64,000 bases of DNA from Candidatus Multivorans sp. (GCA_965247095.1 OZ251997.1:800001-864000), one strand, 5' to 3'. Shown: positions 29,918-39,662, counted from the first letter of the stretch. Numbers and translations are program-made. Notes: generated from the letters alone by a model not told the origin.

Positions 29918-30859
29918 CTACTCGGCGAGCTGGAACGGCGTCGACCACTCCATCGAGCCCCAACGGATCACCAGCCTGCCGCCGTCGTCGGTCGCCTCCA
30001 GCGAGCCCTCGGTTGTGGCCACGGGTTCGGCCAGCGTACGGACTTCGAGCGGCGCCTCGGCGACATCGTGTTCGGCCATGTGCATCGTGCCCCAGACGTC
30101 GGCGAGGTGGTTGAAGACCAGCTTCCAGCCGTCGCCCTCGCGCTTCAGCCACAGGCTGTAGACGCCGGGGTAGGTCGGGCCGTGGTTGTGGGCGGCTACT
30201 TCAACGTCCTCGAATGCGAGATCGGCGTCGGTCCAGAACTTGAACGGCTTGCCGTAGATCGGCCCCAGAACCGTGCCGTCGGCCAGGGACTCGAGCTTGT
30301 CGTAGTCGTGCCCCGGCGCGGGCAACCGGTCGAAGCGCAGCCGGATCGCCTGGCCCGCGATCTCGATCGTCGAGGAGGACAGGTCTTCGCGTTGGCCGAC
30401 CGGCTGCCTCCGGACGACGATCCCGGCGGCGTCAGCGGCCTCCTTCGTCATGCCCTTGATCGTCGCTTCAAAGAAGGCGGTGCGCAGTTCGCCCGCCAGG
30501 CCGTCCCCGTCGCGGGTGAGTTCCAGCTCGACCGGCACGATCTGACCACTGAATTCGAGATCCCACTTGAGCATGAGGCCGGTCTCGGTGCGAGCGATGT
30601 TGTCGACGATGTCGTCGGCGAGCCGGGCCAGATAGAAGTCGGCAGTGGCCTTGCCGTCGTCGTCCGAGAACGTGATCAGGCTGTTCAGCGAGCCTCGATC
30701 GGTGAGCGCTTCCAGCACCCACTCGCCGAGGAAGGGTTCGATCTCGGCGGTGTCGAGGCGCGGCGCCTCCGCGGGTGGTGCGTCCTGAGCCAGCGCGGCG
30801 CCGGCCAGGGTCAGGGCCGCGGTGAGAGCTGGGGCGACGAAGTACCGTGTGGGTTTCAT
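29918..30859 (-). CDS. Exported protein with a C-terminal DUF2911-like domain
   Basis: Signal peptide ending ALA-Q; GVYSLWL...WKLVFN...WGT...LVIRWG pattern. Confidence 0.6.
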   Translation of the reverse strand: MKPTRYFVAPALTAALTLAGAALAQDAPPAEAPRLDTAEIEPFLGEWVLEALTDRGSLNSLITFSDDDGKATADFYLARLADDIVDNIARTETGLMLKWDLEFSGQIVPVELELTRDGDGLAGELRTAFFEATIKGMTKEAADAAGIVVRRQPVGQREDLSSSTIEIAGQAIRLRFDRLPAPGHDYDKLESLADGTVLGPIYGKPFKFWTDADLAFEDVEVAAHNHGPTYPGVYSLWLKREGDGWKLVFNHLADVWGTMHMAEHDVAEAPLEVRTLAEPVATTEGSLEATDDGGRLVIRWGSMEWSTPFQLAE

Positions 30860-30895
30860 CTTGAAGAGTCTCCGTTGGTCTCGGGAGGCCTGTGC

Positions 30896-32092
30896 TCAGA
30901 AGTAGTCCGGCATCGAGGGCGGCGGGCCGGCGAAGATCCGGTCGGCCACGTTCAGGGAGGCGGTCGATCCCTCGATCAGGTCGAGGTCGGCCAGGCGCCG
31001 GGCGCTCAGGTGGCCGGTGTACATGGAGGCAAGTGCCCGGATATCCAGGCGCAGGGTGTTGCGCCCGGCCTTCCGGGTCGTGCGGCTGACCTTGCCGGCG
31101 CCGCGGTCGACCGCGAGCACCCAGCGACCCCGGTTGCCGGCGACCACGCCGTCGGTGACATCGAAGTCGAGGCGGGCGCTCGTGCCCGGCGGATAGCCAC
31201 GCTCGCCGAGTGCCGCCTGGACGTCGACGATCCGCAGCATCCAGGTCTCGGCCACGGAGATCTCGGTGCCGACCTCGGGCACCTGGAGCAGCATGTGGTC
31301 GTCCAGAGCGCCGTACCAGGTCACGTCCTGGGCCAGGGTGCGGCAGTCCGAGAAGAGCGCCAGAATCCTGCGCGCCGCGGCGCCGTTTCTGGCCTGCAGA
31401 TCGCGGACCTTGATGGCGTACAGGTAACGCCCCACCGCGCCCTGGGTGTAGACGACGTAGCCGTCGACGCCGCCGTCGCTGCCCGGCACGACGTAGCCGT
31501 GGATGTCCTCGCCGCCGAGGTCGCAGTAGACGCGCTCCCAGATGAAGTGGTTGCGGTCGAGCCAGCCGGGCCGGTTCCTGGCAATACCGCGATACAGCCG
31601 GTCGAGGGCCTTCGCGTCGCCCTCGGGATCAAGGCGACGCAGCGCCCCGTCGGCGACGATGCGGCCAAGTTTGTCGAGCGGCAGCCGGAAGCGGTACCGG
31701 TGGCCGGCCGCGGCATAGCCGGCGCGCCCGTAGAGCGTGAAGGTGGTGGGGTAGAGGGTGGAAACGGCGACGCCCTCCCCGTGGAGTTCGTTCAGGGTCG
31801 ATCCCATCAGAGCCTTGGCGGCGCCCTGGCCGCGGGCGGTCGGGTCGACCGCGACGCCGGCGATGCCGATGTTCCGAACCGATCGGCCGCCCAGGAACTG
31901 GCCCATCTGGTATTGGACCAGACCGCCGACCACCTTGCCGCCGCTGCGCACCAGGCGCACATGGTCGCGTGTGGCGCGCAACCACGCCACGCAGGAGTCG
32001 TAGGGCGTGTTGAAGGCCAGGGCCTCGTTGTAGGCCTGCGCCTCCAGCTCGGCGGCGCTCTGGACCGGTCCGAACGTGAGACGTTTCGTCAC
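30896..32092 (-). CDS. Eis-like GNAT acetyltransferase with SCP2-like C-terminus
   Basis: GVAVDPTARGQGAA acetyl-CoA motif, STLYP..LYGRAGY, WMLRIVDV, C-terminal MPDYF. Confidence 0.85.
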   Translation of the reverse strand: MTKRLTFGPVQSAAELEAQAYNEALAFNTPYDSCVAWLRATRDHVRLVRSGGKVVGGLVQYQMGQFLGGRSVRNIGIAGVAVDPTARGQGAAKALMGSTLNELHGEGVAVSTLYPTTFTLYGRAGYAAAGHRYRFRLPLDKLGRIVADGALRRLDPEGDAKALDRLYRGIARNRPGWLDRNHFIWERVYCDLGGEDIHGYVVPGSDGGVDGYVVYTQGAVGRYLYAIKVRDLQARNGAAARRILALFSDCRTLAQDVTWYGALDDHMLLQVPEVGTEISVAETWMLRIVDVQAALGERGYPPGTSARLDFDVTDGVVAGNRGRWVLAVDRGAGKVSRTTRKAGRNTLRLDIRALASMYTGHLSARRLADLDLIEGSTASLNVADRIFAGPPPSMPDYF

Positions 32093-32136
32093 GGTGCGCG
32101 AGTTTACCCGTGGTGCTTCGACTACACTCCGCCGTC

Positions 32137-32973
32137 ATGGACATCGGCATCTTCATGTTTCCCACCGGCGACTCGATCCGGCCGGACGAACTCGGCGTGG
32201 AGGTCGAGGCCCGCGGCTTCGAGTCTCTGTGGTTTCCGGAGCACACGCACATCCCCACCTCGCGGCGGACGCCCTTCCCGGGCGGCGGTGAGTTGCCGCC
32301 GGAGTACTCGCGCTCTCTCGATCCCTTTGTCGCGCTCACCGCGGCGGCGATGAGCACGAGCAAGATCAAGCTCGGCACCGGCATCTGCCTGATCATCGAG
32401 CGCGACACGATCACCACCGCCAAGGCGGTGGCAAGCCTTGACGTGCTTTCGGGCGGCCGCTTCGTCTTCGGTATCGGCGGCGGCTGGAACCGGGAGGAGA
32501 TGGAGCACCACGGCACGGACTACGACACCCGCTTCGCCAAGCTGGAGGAGCAGGTGGCCGCGTTCAAGACGATCTGGACCGAGGACGAGGCGGAGTTCCA
32601 CGGCCGCCACGTCGACTTCGAGCCGATCTGGTCGTGGCCGAAGCCGGATCAGAAGCCCCACCCGCCGATCGTGCTCGGCGGCGGCACCGGCTACACCCGC
32701 CAGCGGGTGGTCGATCTCTGCGACGGCTGGCTGCCGATCGGGCGCCAGGCGGAGGCCGTGCTGACGGGCATCAAGGACCTGAAGCGGCGCGCCGAGCGCG
32801 CCGGCCGTGCCATGGAGACGATCCACGTAAACGTCTTCGGCGCGGTGCCGCAGCAGGACGTGCTCGACGCCTACGCCGAGGCCGGCGTCGACCGGGTCAT
32901 TCTGCCGGTGCCTCCCCAGGGCAGGGACCAGACGCTGCCGCGGCTCGACCGCTACGCGGCGCTGCAGGCCTGA
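32137..32973 (+). CDS. LLM class (probable F420-dependent) oxidoreductase
   Basis: FESLWFPEHTHIP, DPFVAL, LSGGRF.FGIGGGWNREE, PKPDQKPHPPI. Confidence 0.88.
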   Translation: MDIGIFMFPTGDSIRPDELGVEVEARGFESLWFPEHTHIPTSRRTPFPGGGELPPEYSRSLDPFVALTAAAMSTSKIKLGTGICLIIERDTITTAKAVASLDVLSGGRFVFGIGGGWNREEMEHHGTDYDTRFAKLEEQVAAFKTIWTEDEAEFHGRHVDFEPIWSWPKPDQKPHPPIVLGGGTGYTRQRVVDLCDGWLPIGRQAEAVLTGIKDLKRRAERAGRAMETIHVNVFGAVPQQDVLDAYAEAGVDRVILPVPPQGRDQTLPRLDRYAALQA

Positions 32974-33004
32974 TCGGCGGCAGGGGTCCAGGCAGGGGGC
33001 TAGT

Positions 33005-33041
33005 AGTGGCGGAGGCGCCCCTTCGGGCCGCGCCCGCCACT
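33005..33041. terminator. Hairpin between convergent genes, possible bidirectional terminator
   Basis: AGTGGCGG...CCGCCACT outer stem around an imperfect inner stem; no U-tract. Confidence 0.35.
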
Positions 33042-34259
33042 TCAGTAATTGAGTTCTTCGCCTTCGGACTTGGCGATCACCGCCGCGCCGACCGAGTCGG
33101 AGGTGATGTTGACCATGGTCCGGAACATGTCGAGCGGACGGTCGACCGAGAGCATCAGGCCGGCGAGGGCGTATGCCTCAGGCGTGCTCAGGTTGATCGC
33201 CTCGAGCACGATGAAGATCATGACCAGGCCGGCCGAGGGGATCGCGGCCGCGCCGACGGAGGCCAGCAGAGCGGTGAGGACGACCAGCAACTGGGTGCTG
33301 AACGCCAGATCGGCGCCGAGGGCCTGGGCGATGAACAGGGCGCCGGCGCATTCGAACAGCGCCGTGCCGTCCATGTTGACCGTTGCGCCCATGGGCAGGA
33401 CGAAGCTGGTGACCTTGTTCGAGGCGCCGACCTTCTCCTTGACGCATTTCATCGTCATCGGCAGGGTCGCCGCGGACGAACTGGTGGAGAAGGCCATGGC
33501 CATGGCGGAAGCCATCGCACGGTAGTGGTGGAGCGGGTTCTTGCGCGTGAGCAGGAAGAACAGGAGCGGCAGCACGACCAGGAGGTGGATCGTCAACCCG
33601 GCTGCGATGGTCAGCATGTACTTGCCGACCTGGAGGAAGACCTCGGGGCCCATCTCGGCCACCGCCCGGGCGAGGAGGGCGAAGACTCCGATCGGCAACA
33701 GTTTGATGACCGCGGTGGTCAGCTTCATCATCACCTGGAAGCCGGCGTCGAAACCCTGGCGGAGCAGGTCGGCCTTGGGACCGGTCATCACGCCGAGCGC
33801 AGCGCCCAAGCAGATCGAGAAGAAGATCAGCCCGAGGATGTCGAAGTTGGCGGCCGCCCCGATTGGATTGTCCGGGATCAGTCGCTGGATGATGTCCATG
33901 AACGAACTCGGAGTCTCCAGGGTTGCGGGATCGACCGGTTCGATGTTCTCCGGCAGCTCCAGTCCGTCGCCCGGGCGTATGCTGTTTGCCAAGGTGAGGC
34001 CGACGAGAATTGCGGCGAGACTGCTCAACCCGTACCAACCGAGGGTCTTTGCCCCCAGCCGACCGATCGACTTGCCGTCGCCGATCCCGGCAACGCCATG
34101 GACGATCGAGGTGAAGATCAAGGGCACGATGACCATTCTGAGCAGCCGCATGAAGGTCTCCGCCACCCATGCGATCCAAGTCACTTCGCCGAAGACCAGC
34201 GCAAAGCACAGGCCAAGCGCCATTCCGATCAAGACCTGCCAGTGAAGAGCGAGTTTCAT
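33042..34259 (-). CDS. Dicarboxylate/amino acid:cation symporter (DAACS, GltP-like)
   Basis: FSTSSSAATLP, GATVNMDGT, DRPLDMFRTMVN. Confidence 0.92.
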   Translation of the reverse strand: MKLALHWQVLIGMALGLCFALVFGEVTWIAWVAETFMRLLRMVIVPLIFTSIVHGVAGIGDGKSIGRLGAKTLGWYGLSSLAAILVGLTLANSIRPGDGLELPENIEPVDPATLETPSSFMDIIQRLIPDNPIGAAANFDILGLIFFSICLGAALGVMTGPKADLLRQGFDAGFQVMMKLTTAVIKLLPIGVFALLARAVAEMGPEVFLQVGKYMLTIAAGLTIHLLVVLPLLFFLLTRKNPLHHYRAMASAMAMAFSTSSSAATLPMTMKCVKEKVGASNKVTSFVLPMGATVNMDGTALFECAGALFIAQALGADLAFSTQLLVVLTALLASVGAAAIPSAGLVMIFIVLEAINLSTPEAYALAGLMLSVDRPLDMFRTMVNITSDSVGAAVIAKSEGEELNY

Positions 34260-35478
34260 GGCTAGGCAGGGTAACACGCGGGATTTGGGGGCGCGCCGCA
34301 CTCGCGGGCGCGTACTCGGGCTCCTTGCCGCCCTCGTTCTCGCGGTGCTGGCGGCAAGCTGCGGCAGCGTCCGCTACTACTCCCAGGCGGTCTGGGGCGG
34401 CGCCGGCGTGCTGGTCAAGCGCCGGTCGATCGACCGTCTGCTGGAGCCGGGGCGCGCGGAAGTGCTCGCGGCGGCCACCCGGGAGCGGCTGCGGCTGGCA
34501 GTGGACATCCGGGACTTCGCCAGCCGGGAGCTCGCCCTGCCGGACAACAGGAGCTATCGGAGCTTCGCCGACCTGGGCCGCCCGTACGCGGTGTGGAACG
34601 TGGTCGCCGCGCCGCACTTGAGCCTGGAACCGAAGACCTGGTGCTATCCGTTTGCCGGCTGTGCCGCCTACCGCGGCTACTTCGACGAGCGCACGGCCCG
34701 GCGCTACGGCGACCGTCTGGCCGCTCAGGGCTATGACGTGCGCGTCGGCGGTGTGGCCGCGTACTCGACCCTGGGCTGGTTCGCCGATCCGGTCCTGAAC
34801 ACGTTTCTCGACTACGCCGATGCCGACCTGGCGGCTCTGATCTTCCACGAACTCGCGCACCAGGTCGCGTACGTCAAGGACGACAGCGCCTTCAACGAGT
34901 CGTTCGCGACCGCGGTCGAGGTCGCCGGCGTGCGCCGGTGGCTGCGCTCCCAGGGCCGGAGCGACGAACTGGCTGCCTTCGAGCGAGGCCGGGAGCGCCG
35001 GCGCGACCTGAACCGGTTCCTGGTGGAGGTGCGGGAGGAACTGGCGGCGATCTACCGGAGCGAGGACGGCGACGAGCGGAAGCTGGCGCTGAAGGCCGAA
35101 GGGTTCCGGTCGCTTGCCGCGCGCTATCGGCGCGAGCTGGTCCCGGTCTGGCGCGCTGCCGGTAACGGCGCCGCCGTCGGTGGCGAGTCGGATATGGGCG
35201 GATGGTTGTCGCGCCTGAACAACGCCGACCTGGTCTCGGTCGCCACCTACAACGATCTCGTGTCGGTCTTCCAGGTTCTGCTGGAGGCTTCCGGCGAGAA
35301 CTTCCCGGCCTTCTACGCCGAAGTCGAGCGCTTGGCAACGCTGGAGCCGGAGGAGCGCGAGATTGAACTCGACTCGTTGGGGCCGGACGCCCAGGTCCGC
35401 ACGCCGCGAGAACGCTCCGACCCTGGGAACGCGGGCATCCTGCCCGCATCCGGCGCGAAGCGCCGGCCGGATCGTTAG
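34258..35478 (+). CDS. Putative zinc aminopeptidase lipoprotein
   Basis: Lipobox AASC, AYSTLGWFADP, FHELAH (HExxH), FNESFAT. The last ~19 codons are REP-derived. Confidence 0.85.
   Translation: MARQGNTRDLGARRTRGRVLGLLAALVLAVLAASCGSVRYYSQAVWGGAGVLVKRRSIDRLLEPGRAEVLAAATRERLRLAVDIRDFASRELALPDNRSYRSFADLGRPYAVWNVVAAPHLSLEPKTWCYPFAGCAAYRGYFDERTARRYGDRLAAQGYDVRVGGVAAYSTLGWFADPVLNTFLDYADADLAALIFHELAHQVAYVKDDSAFNESFATAVEVAGVRRWLRSQGRSDELAAFERGRERRRDLNRFLVEVREELAAIYRSEDGDERKLALKAEGFRSLAARYRRELVPVWRAAGNGAAVGGESDMGGWLSRLNNADLVSVATYNDLVSVFQVLLEASGENFPAFYAEVERLATLEPEEREIELDSLGPDAQVRTPRERSDPGNAGILPASGAKRRPDR
35422..35468. repeat. REP-like element (uninterrupted copy)
   Basis: CCTGGGAACGCGGGCATCCTGCCCGC. 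35429-35468 is the exact reverse complement of 61133-61172. Confidence 0.85.
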
Positions 35479-36446
35479 CGATCCACCACCGCTCGCGCCC
35501 GATCCGCAAAGTCGGTGAACACGCCGTCGACGCCGAGGTCGAACAGGTAACGGCGGAGTTCCGCCTCGTGACTGTCGTCGCGGTCGGGCACCTGGTCGGC
35601 CCGGAAGGTGTAGGGATGGACGAGGAGGCCGGCGTCGTGGGCCCAGCCGATCAGTTCCGGCTGCCGCTCCAGCATCGTCTTCGCCGGTCCGATGCCGGTG
35701 GCGAAGTCGGTGATGCCGGCCATGCCCTCGGCGCTCAGGAAGGGCAGGTACTGGTCGACCTCGGCCATCAGGAACACCTGGGGCAGCTCGGAACCGAGCT
35801 CCCGCAGGCGCCGCAGGCTCTCCTCCTCGAAGCTCTGGACGAAGACCGGCGCGTCGTCTTCGAGGTAACCGTAGCGGCCGAGAACTTCGAGCAGCGCTTC
35901 CTCGATCGGCAGCCCCTCCGCGCGGTGCCAGGCCGGGGCCTTGATCTCGGGGTAGATCCCCACGGCGCGGCCGGTGCGCTCGTTCAGGCCCTGGACCAGC
36001 TCGATCATCTCGGTGAAGGCGGGCACGGCGAAGCGGCTGGCGCCCTTCGGGAACCGGCCGTCGAGGCGCTCGTCCGCCTGGAGCCGCCGGATCTCGTCGA
36101 GCGTGAAGTCGGCGGCGTACCAGCGACCGTCGTCGCGCGCGCGGTCGAGGAAGAGCTGCTCGACGTTGGTGGTCGCTTCCAGGTAGATGTCGTGGAGGCA
36201 GATGAGGTGGCCGTCCCGGGTGAGCACCAGGTCCGGCTCGACGAAGTCGGCGCCCATGCCGTGGGCGAGGGCATAGGCCGGCAGGGTGTGCTCCGGCAGG
36301 TAGCCGCTCGCGCCGCGGTGGGCGATGACGATCTTGGAGGGCGTGCTCACGGGGTCGCCTGCTGCTCCTTCATCGGCGGCCTCGACGGTGGGTACTGCCG
36401 GGACGCAGACGAGGATGCCGGCTGCGCGCAGGACTCTGGAAGCCAC
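35475..36446 (-). CDS. glpQ: Glycerophosphodiester phosphodiesterase
   Basis: IAHRGASGYLPEHT, EPDLV, EIK, VQSFE, HPYTFR, GVFTDF. Confidence 0.88.
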   Translation of the reverse strand: MASRVLRAAGILVCVPAVPTVEAADEGAAGDPVSTPSKIVIAHRGASGYLPEHTLPAYALAHGMGADFVEPDLVLTRDGHLICLHDIYLEATTNVEQLFLDRARDDGRWYAADFTLDEIRRLQADERLDGRFPKGASRFAVPAFTEMIELVQGLNERTGRAVGIYPEIKAPAWHRAEGLPIEEALLEVLGRYGYLEDDAPVFVQSFEEESLRRLRELGSELPQVFLMAEVDQYLPFLSAEGMAGITDFATGIGPAKTMLERQPELIGWAHDAGLLVHPYTFRADQVPDRDDSHEAELRRYLFDLGVDGVFTDFADRARAVVDR

Positions 36447-36454
36447 GTTTCGGC

Positions 36455-36976
36455 TCAGTCAACCAGCGCCCCGACGTCGACCCGGGCGTCGTTGAAGCAG
36501 GCGCCGGCGCCGACGTCGGTCAGCGTGTCCGGGGCCAGAGCGCAGGCGTTGGCGCCGGACTCGGTGCTGCGGAACCACACGCCCTTGGGCAGCAGGGCGA
36601 CGCCGGCGTCCGGGTCGGTCAGCACCCGGCCGACATGGTTCATGTTCACGATCCGGGTGCCCGGCGAGGGCTCGCGCCGGCCGACGTCGCGGAAGGCGCC
36701 GCTGTTGCTCATCGTGTAGCCGCCGGCGCGTACCTTGAACTTGCCGGCCACCGCCGGCAGCGCGAGGATCGCCGCCACCGCCGAGCCGCCGTTGCGGTTG
36801 CGCTCGACCCCCCAGCCGCAGCGGATGACCGCCGGCGACGCCGCCCGGACCTTGGCGACCCGGCCGTCCTCGACCTCGACCTCGAGCGAGCAGGAGTCGG
36901 GGCAGTCGAGCGTGCAGGCGGTGTGGTGGAGGGTGGCCTGCGGCGCCTGGGTTGGAGTCGGATCGGCGACTGTCAC
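36455..36976 (-). pseudogene. Molybdopterin oxidoreductase remnant with in-frame internal deletions
   Basis: Only the N-terminal ACTLDCPDSC segment, a middle segment (CGWGVERNRNGG) and the C-terminus (LTDVGAGACFNDARV) remain; ~173 aa. Confidence 0.75.
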
Positions 36977-36996
36977 GCGTGGAAGCGTACACGCCC

Positions 36997-37034
36997 CTGG
37001 GAACCCGGGTTGGCCGATCCGCCCCGCATCCGGG
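36997..37034. repeat. Degenerate copy of the REP-like element upstream of serC
   Basis: CCTGGGAACCCGGGTTGGCCGATCCGC resembles the reverse complement of 29889-29915. Confidence 0.5.
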
Positions 37035-37095
37035 TTACGATTCGCGCTCCCTGACCGGCTCCACCGCACGGCCGGCAACCACACGGACCGCACCC

Positions 37096-38232
37096 ATGAC
37101 CCTGACCCTCGATCGAGAGACCTCCAACCCACCCGCACTCGACCGCCGGGTCTTCAACTTCTCGCCGGGACCGGCGGTGCTTCCAGTACCGGTCCTGGAG
37201 GAGATTCAGCGCGACTTGCTCGCGCTTCCGGGCGCCGGCAGTTCTGTTCTGGAGATGAGTCACCGCTCGCCGGCGTTCGACGCGATCCTGGCCGAAGCGG
37301 AGGCCAACCTGCGCGAGCTGCTTGCGGTTCCGGACGACTACCAGGTGCTGTTTCTGCAGGGCGGCGCTTCGCTGCAGTTCTCGATGATCCCGATCAACCT
37401 GCTGCGCGGTCAGGACCTGCCGGCGAGCTACATCCTGACCGGCGCCTGGGGCAGCAAAGCAGCGGTCGAGGCGGCGCGCGAGGGCGAGGTCCACGTGGCC
37501 TGGGACGGCAAGGGCGACAACTTCGTTCGCGTGCCTGATGACGCGGAACTCGATCTGCCAGCGGCCTCGGCCTATCTCCACTACACGTCGAACGAGACGA
37601 TCCAGGGCGTCCAGTTCCGGCGTCCACCGGCGGTGGGCGCCGCGCCGCTCGTGTGCGATGTGTCGTCGGACTTCCTGTCGCGCCCGGTCGCCGTAGGGGA
37701 GTTCGGCCTGCTCTACGCCTCCGCCCAGAAGAACGCCGGGCCCTCGGGGCTGACTGTAGTCGTCGTCTCGGACCGGGTGCTCGAACGGTGCGGCGACGAC
37801 CTGCACTCGATGCTCAGCTACCGTCGCCACGCGGAGAAGGGGTCGCGGCTCAACACGCCGAACGTCTTCGGCGTATACGTGTTGCTCCTCGTGACGCGCT
37901 GGCTGCGTGACCAGGTCGGCGGCCTGGAGGCGGCGGCCGCCCGGGCGGCCGCGAAGAGCGCGATGATCTACGACGTGCTGGACCGGGACGGCGGGGACTT
38001 CTTCGTTGCGCACGCCGAACGCGAGAGCCGCTCCCACATGAACGTCACCTTCCGGCTGCGGCGCCCCGAGCTGAAGGAGGCGTTCGTCGCCGGCGCGGCC
38101 GAGCGGGATCTGATGTCGATCAAGGGCCACCGCTCGGTCGGCGGCTTCCGCATCTCCTCCTACAACGCGATGCCCAAGGAAGGCGTCGAGCGCCTGCGCG
38201 AGTACATGCTGGAGTTCCGCGCCGCCCACTAA
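37096..38232 (+). CDS. serC: Phosphoserine aminotransferase
   Basis: FNFSPGPA, EMSHRS, LQGGAS, SNETIQG, AQKNAGPSG (PLP Lys), GHRSVGGFR.S.YNA. Confidence 0.95.
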   Translation: MTLTLDRETSNPPALDRRVFNFSPGPAVLPVPVLEEIQRDLLALPGAGSSVLEMSHRSPAFDAILAEAEANLRELLAVPDDYQVLFLQGGASLQFSMIPINLLRGQDLPASYILTGAWGSKAAVEAAREGEVHVAWDGKGDNFVRVPDDAELDLPAASAYLHYTSNETIQGVQFRRPPAVGAAPLVCDVSSDFLSRPVAVGEFGLLYASAQKNAGPSGLTVVVVSDRVLERCGDDLHSMLSYRRHAEKGSRLNTPNVFGVYVLLLVTRWLRDQVGGLEAAAARAAAKSAMIYDVLDRDGGDFFVAHAERESRSHMNVTFRLRRPELKEAFVAGAAERDLMSIKGHRSVGGFRISSYNAMPKEGVERLREYMLEFRAAH

Positions 38233-38242
38233 GGGGGCGCTC

Positions 38243-39238
38243 CTACCGCCGACTGGTCAGCAGCGCCGCCCCCACAAGCACCAGCAACAGCAGCACGCCT
38301 CCCACCCCCAACAGGATCGGCGAGGTCTCCTTCTCGACGTTCTCCGAAACCTCCTCGTACTCCGGGTCGTCGAAGAGCGAAGAGTAGTCCTCCGCGGCTG
38401 CCGCCGCGGCCGCCATCGCCGCCTCGTCCTCGGGCTGACCCAGACCGCCCTCGGCGATGATCCGCTGCACGGTGTGGACCAGATCCCAGATCTCGTCCGT
38501 GCCGTAAGCATCCCGGTAGCCCGGCATCGCGGTGCCGTCCATGCCGAGATAGAGGCGGCTGTAGATCGCGCCGCTGCCGGCGCCGCCCTTGAAGACACCG
38601 CCTGTGATGTTGGTCGGCAGGGTGTGGTTGCCCTCGAAGTCGGGCATCGGGTCGTTGCGGAGCCGCCGGCCGTTCGGGCCATGGCAGGAGGCGCAGGCTT
38701 CCAGGTAGAGGCGCTCGCCCCGGGCGCGCCGCTCATCGTCGAACGGCGGCGCCGGTGGCGCCTCGATCGGCGGGCCGGGTGTGGTGCGCCGCGCGAACTC
38801 GGCATCGGCCTCGGTTTCGCCCAGTTCGCCGGCTGCAACCTCGGCGTCGAGTTCCTCTCGCAGCGCCTCCAGGCTGAAACTGCGCGTGTAGCGCGCCACC
38901 GCCTCGATCTCGGCGTCCGGGAGTTGTGCCCAGGCCGACATCCCGGTACCTGGCATGCCGCGCCGGATCGTGTCCTCGAGGTCCCGGTCCGAGGGGATCA
39001 GGTTTCCGGTCGTCGCCAGCTTGAAGCGGCCCGACTGGAAACTGCGCGGCCGTTCGCCGGTGGTGTAGCTGAACTTGCCGAGACCGTCGCCCTCCTCGCC
39101 GTGGCATTCCCGGCAGTACCGGAGGAAGACCTGCCGTCCGAGGTCGTCGTCGAGAACGGGCGAGTCGCCTGAGGTCGGGTCCTGAGCGCCGGTGGCCATG
39201 GCGCCGGTTGCCAGGATGAACGTGAAGATGAACGACAA
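38243..39238 (-). CDS. Diheme cytochrome c with C-terminal membrane anchor
   Basis: CRECH...GMPGTGM and CASCH...GMDGTAMP; signal peptide; C-terminal TM helix. Start uncertain (TTG 39238 chosen; the ORF extends to 39313). Confidence 0.8.
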   Translation of the reverse strand: MSFIFTFILATGAMATGAQDPTSGDSPVLDDDLGRQVFLRYCRECHGEEGDGLGKFSYTTGERPRSFQSGRFKLATTGNLIPSDRDLEDTIRRGMPGTGMSAWAQLPDAEIEAVARYTRSFSLEALREELDAEVAAGELGETEADAEFARRTTPGPPIEAPPAPPFDDERRARGERLYLEACASCHGPNGRRLRNDPMPDFEGNHTLPTNITGGVFKGGAGSGAIYSRLYLGMDGTAMPGYRDAYGTDEIWDLVHTVQRIIAEGGLGQPEDEAAMAAAAAAAEDYSSLFDDPEYEEVSENVEKETSPILLGVGGVLLLLVLVGAALLTSRR

Positions 39239-39272
39239 CGCGACCCTCGGAGGAACGCCGGATGGCCTGCAA

Positions 39273-39298
39273 TAGACTGGTCTACAGGTCTGGTCTAC
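39273..39298 (+). promoter_or_regulatory. Putative TA autoregulatory operator
   Basis: Palindrome TAGAC-TG-GTCTA plus a direct repeat of CTGGTCTAC just upstream of the antitoxin RBS. Confidence 0.55.
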
Positions 39299-39311
39299 CC
39301 GGGGGGACATC

Positions 39312-39557
39312 ATGACGACTGTCGGATCCTACGAGGCAAAGACGCGGTTACCCGAACTCTTGCGTGCCGTGGAACAGGGCGAGGTCGTGACGATCACGCG
39401 GCGCGGCGAGCCTATCGCTCGAATCGTCGGCGTGGAGGGCGGAGTTGGCGAGGCGACAGCGGCTGTGATCGACCGGCTAGAGGCCGCGCGCTGCAGGCGT
39501 CCTTCGCTCTCGGGGGAGGAAATCCTGGCTTCCCGTGACGAGGGGCGGCGTCTCTGA
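39312..39557 (+). CDS. Type II antitoxin, Phd/YefM family
   Basis: VGSYEAKTRLPELLRAVEQGEVVTITRRGEPIARIV, ending RDEGR. Confidence 0.9.
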   Translation: MTTVGSYEAKTRLPELLRAVEQGEVVTITRRGEPIARIVGVEGGVGEATAAVIDRLEAARCRRPSLSGEEILASRDEGRRL

Positions 39558-39637
39558 TGCCCTTCGTCCTCGACGCCTCGGTATTCCTCAGTGACCTGCT
39601 CCTTGTTCGCCGGCAAACTTGCCGGCAACATGGTTGA
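39557..39637 (+). pseudogene. vapC: Truncated VapC (PIN) toxin
   Basis: TGATG overlap with the antitoxin. MPFVLDASV is a typical PIN N-terminus, followed by unrelated sequence and a stop after 26 codons. Confidence 0.7.
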
Positions 39638-39662
39638 CGACCTGAGGCCGTTTCTGTAGGGT
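39609..39662 (+). promoter_or_regulatory. Putative BREX promoter (TTGACG-N17-TAGGGT) with upstream inverted repeat
   Basis: -35 at 39634, -10 at 39657; GCCGGCAA-AC-TTGCCGGC at 39609-39626. Confidence 0.55.
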
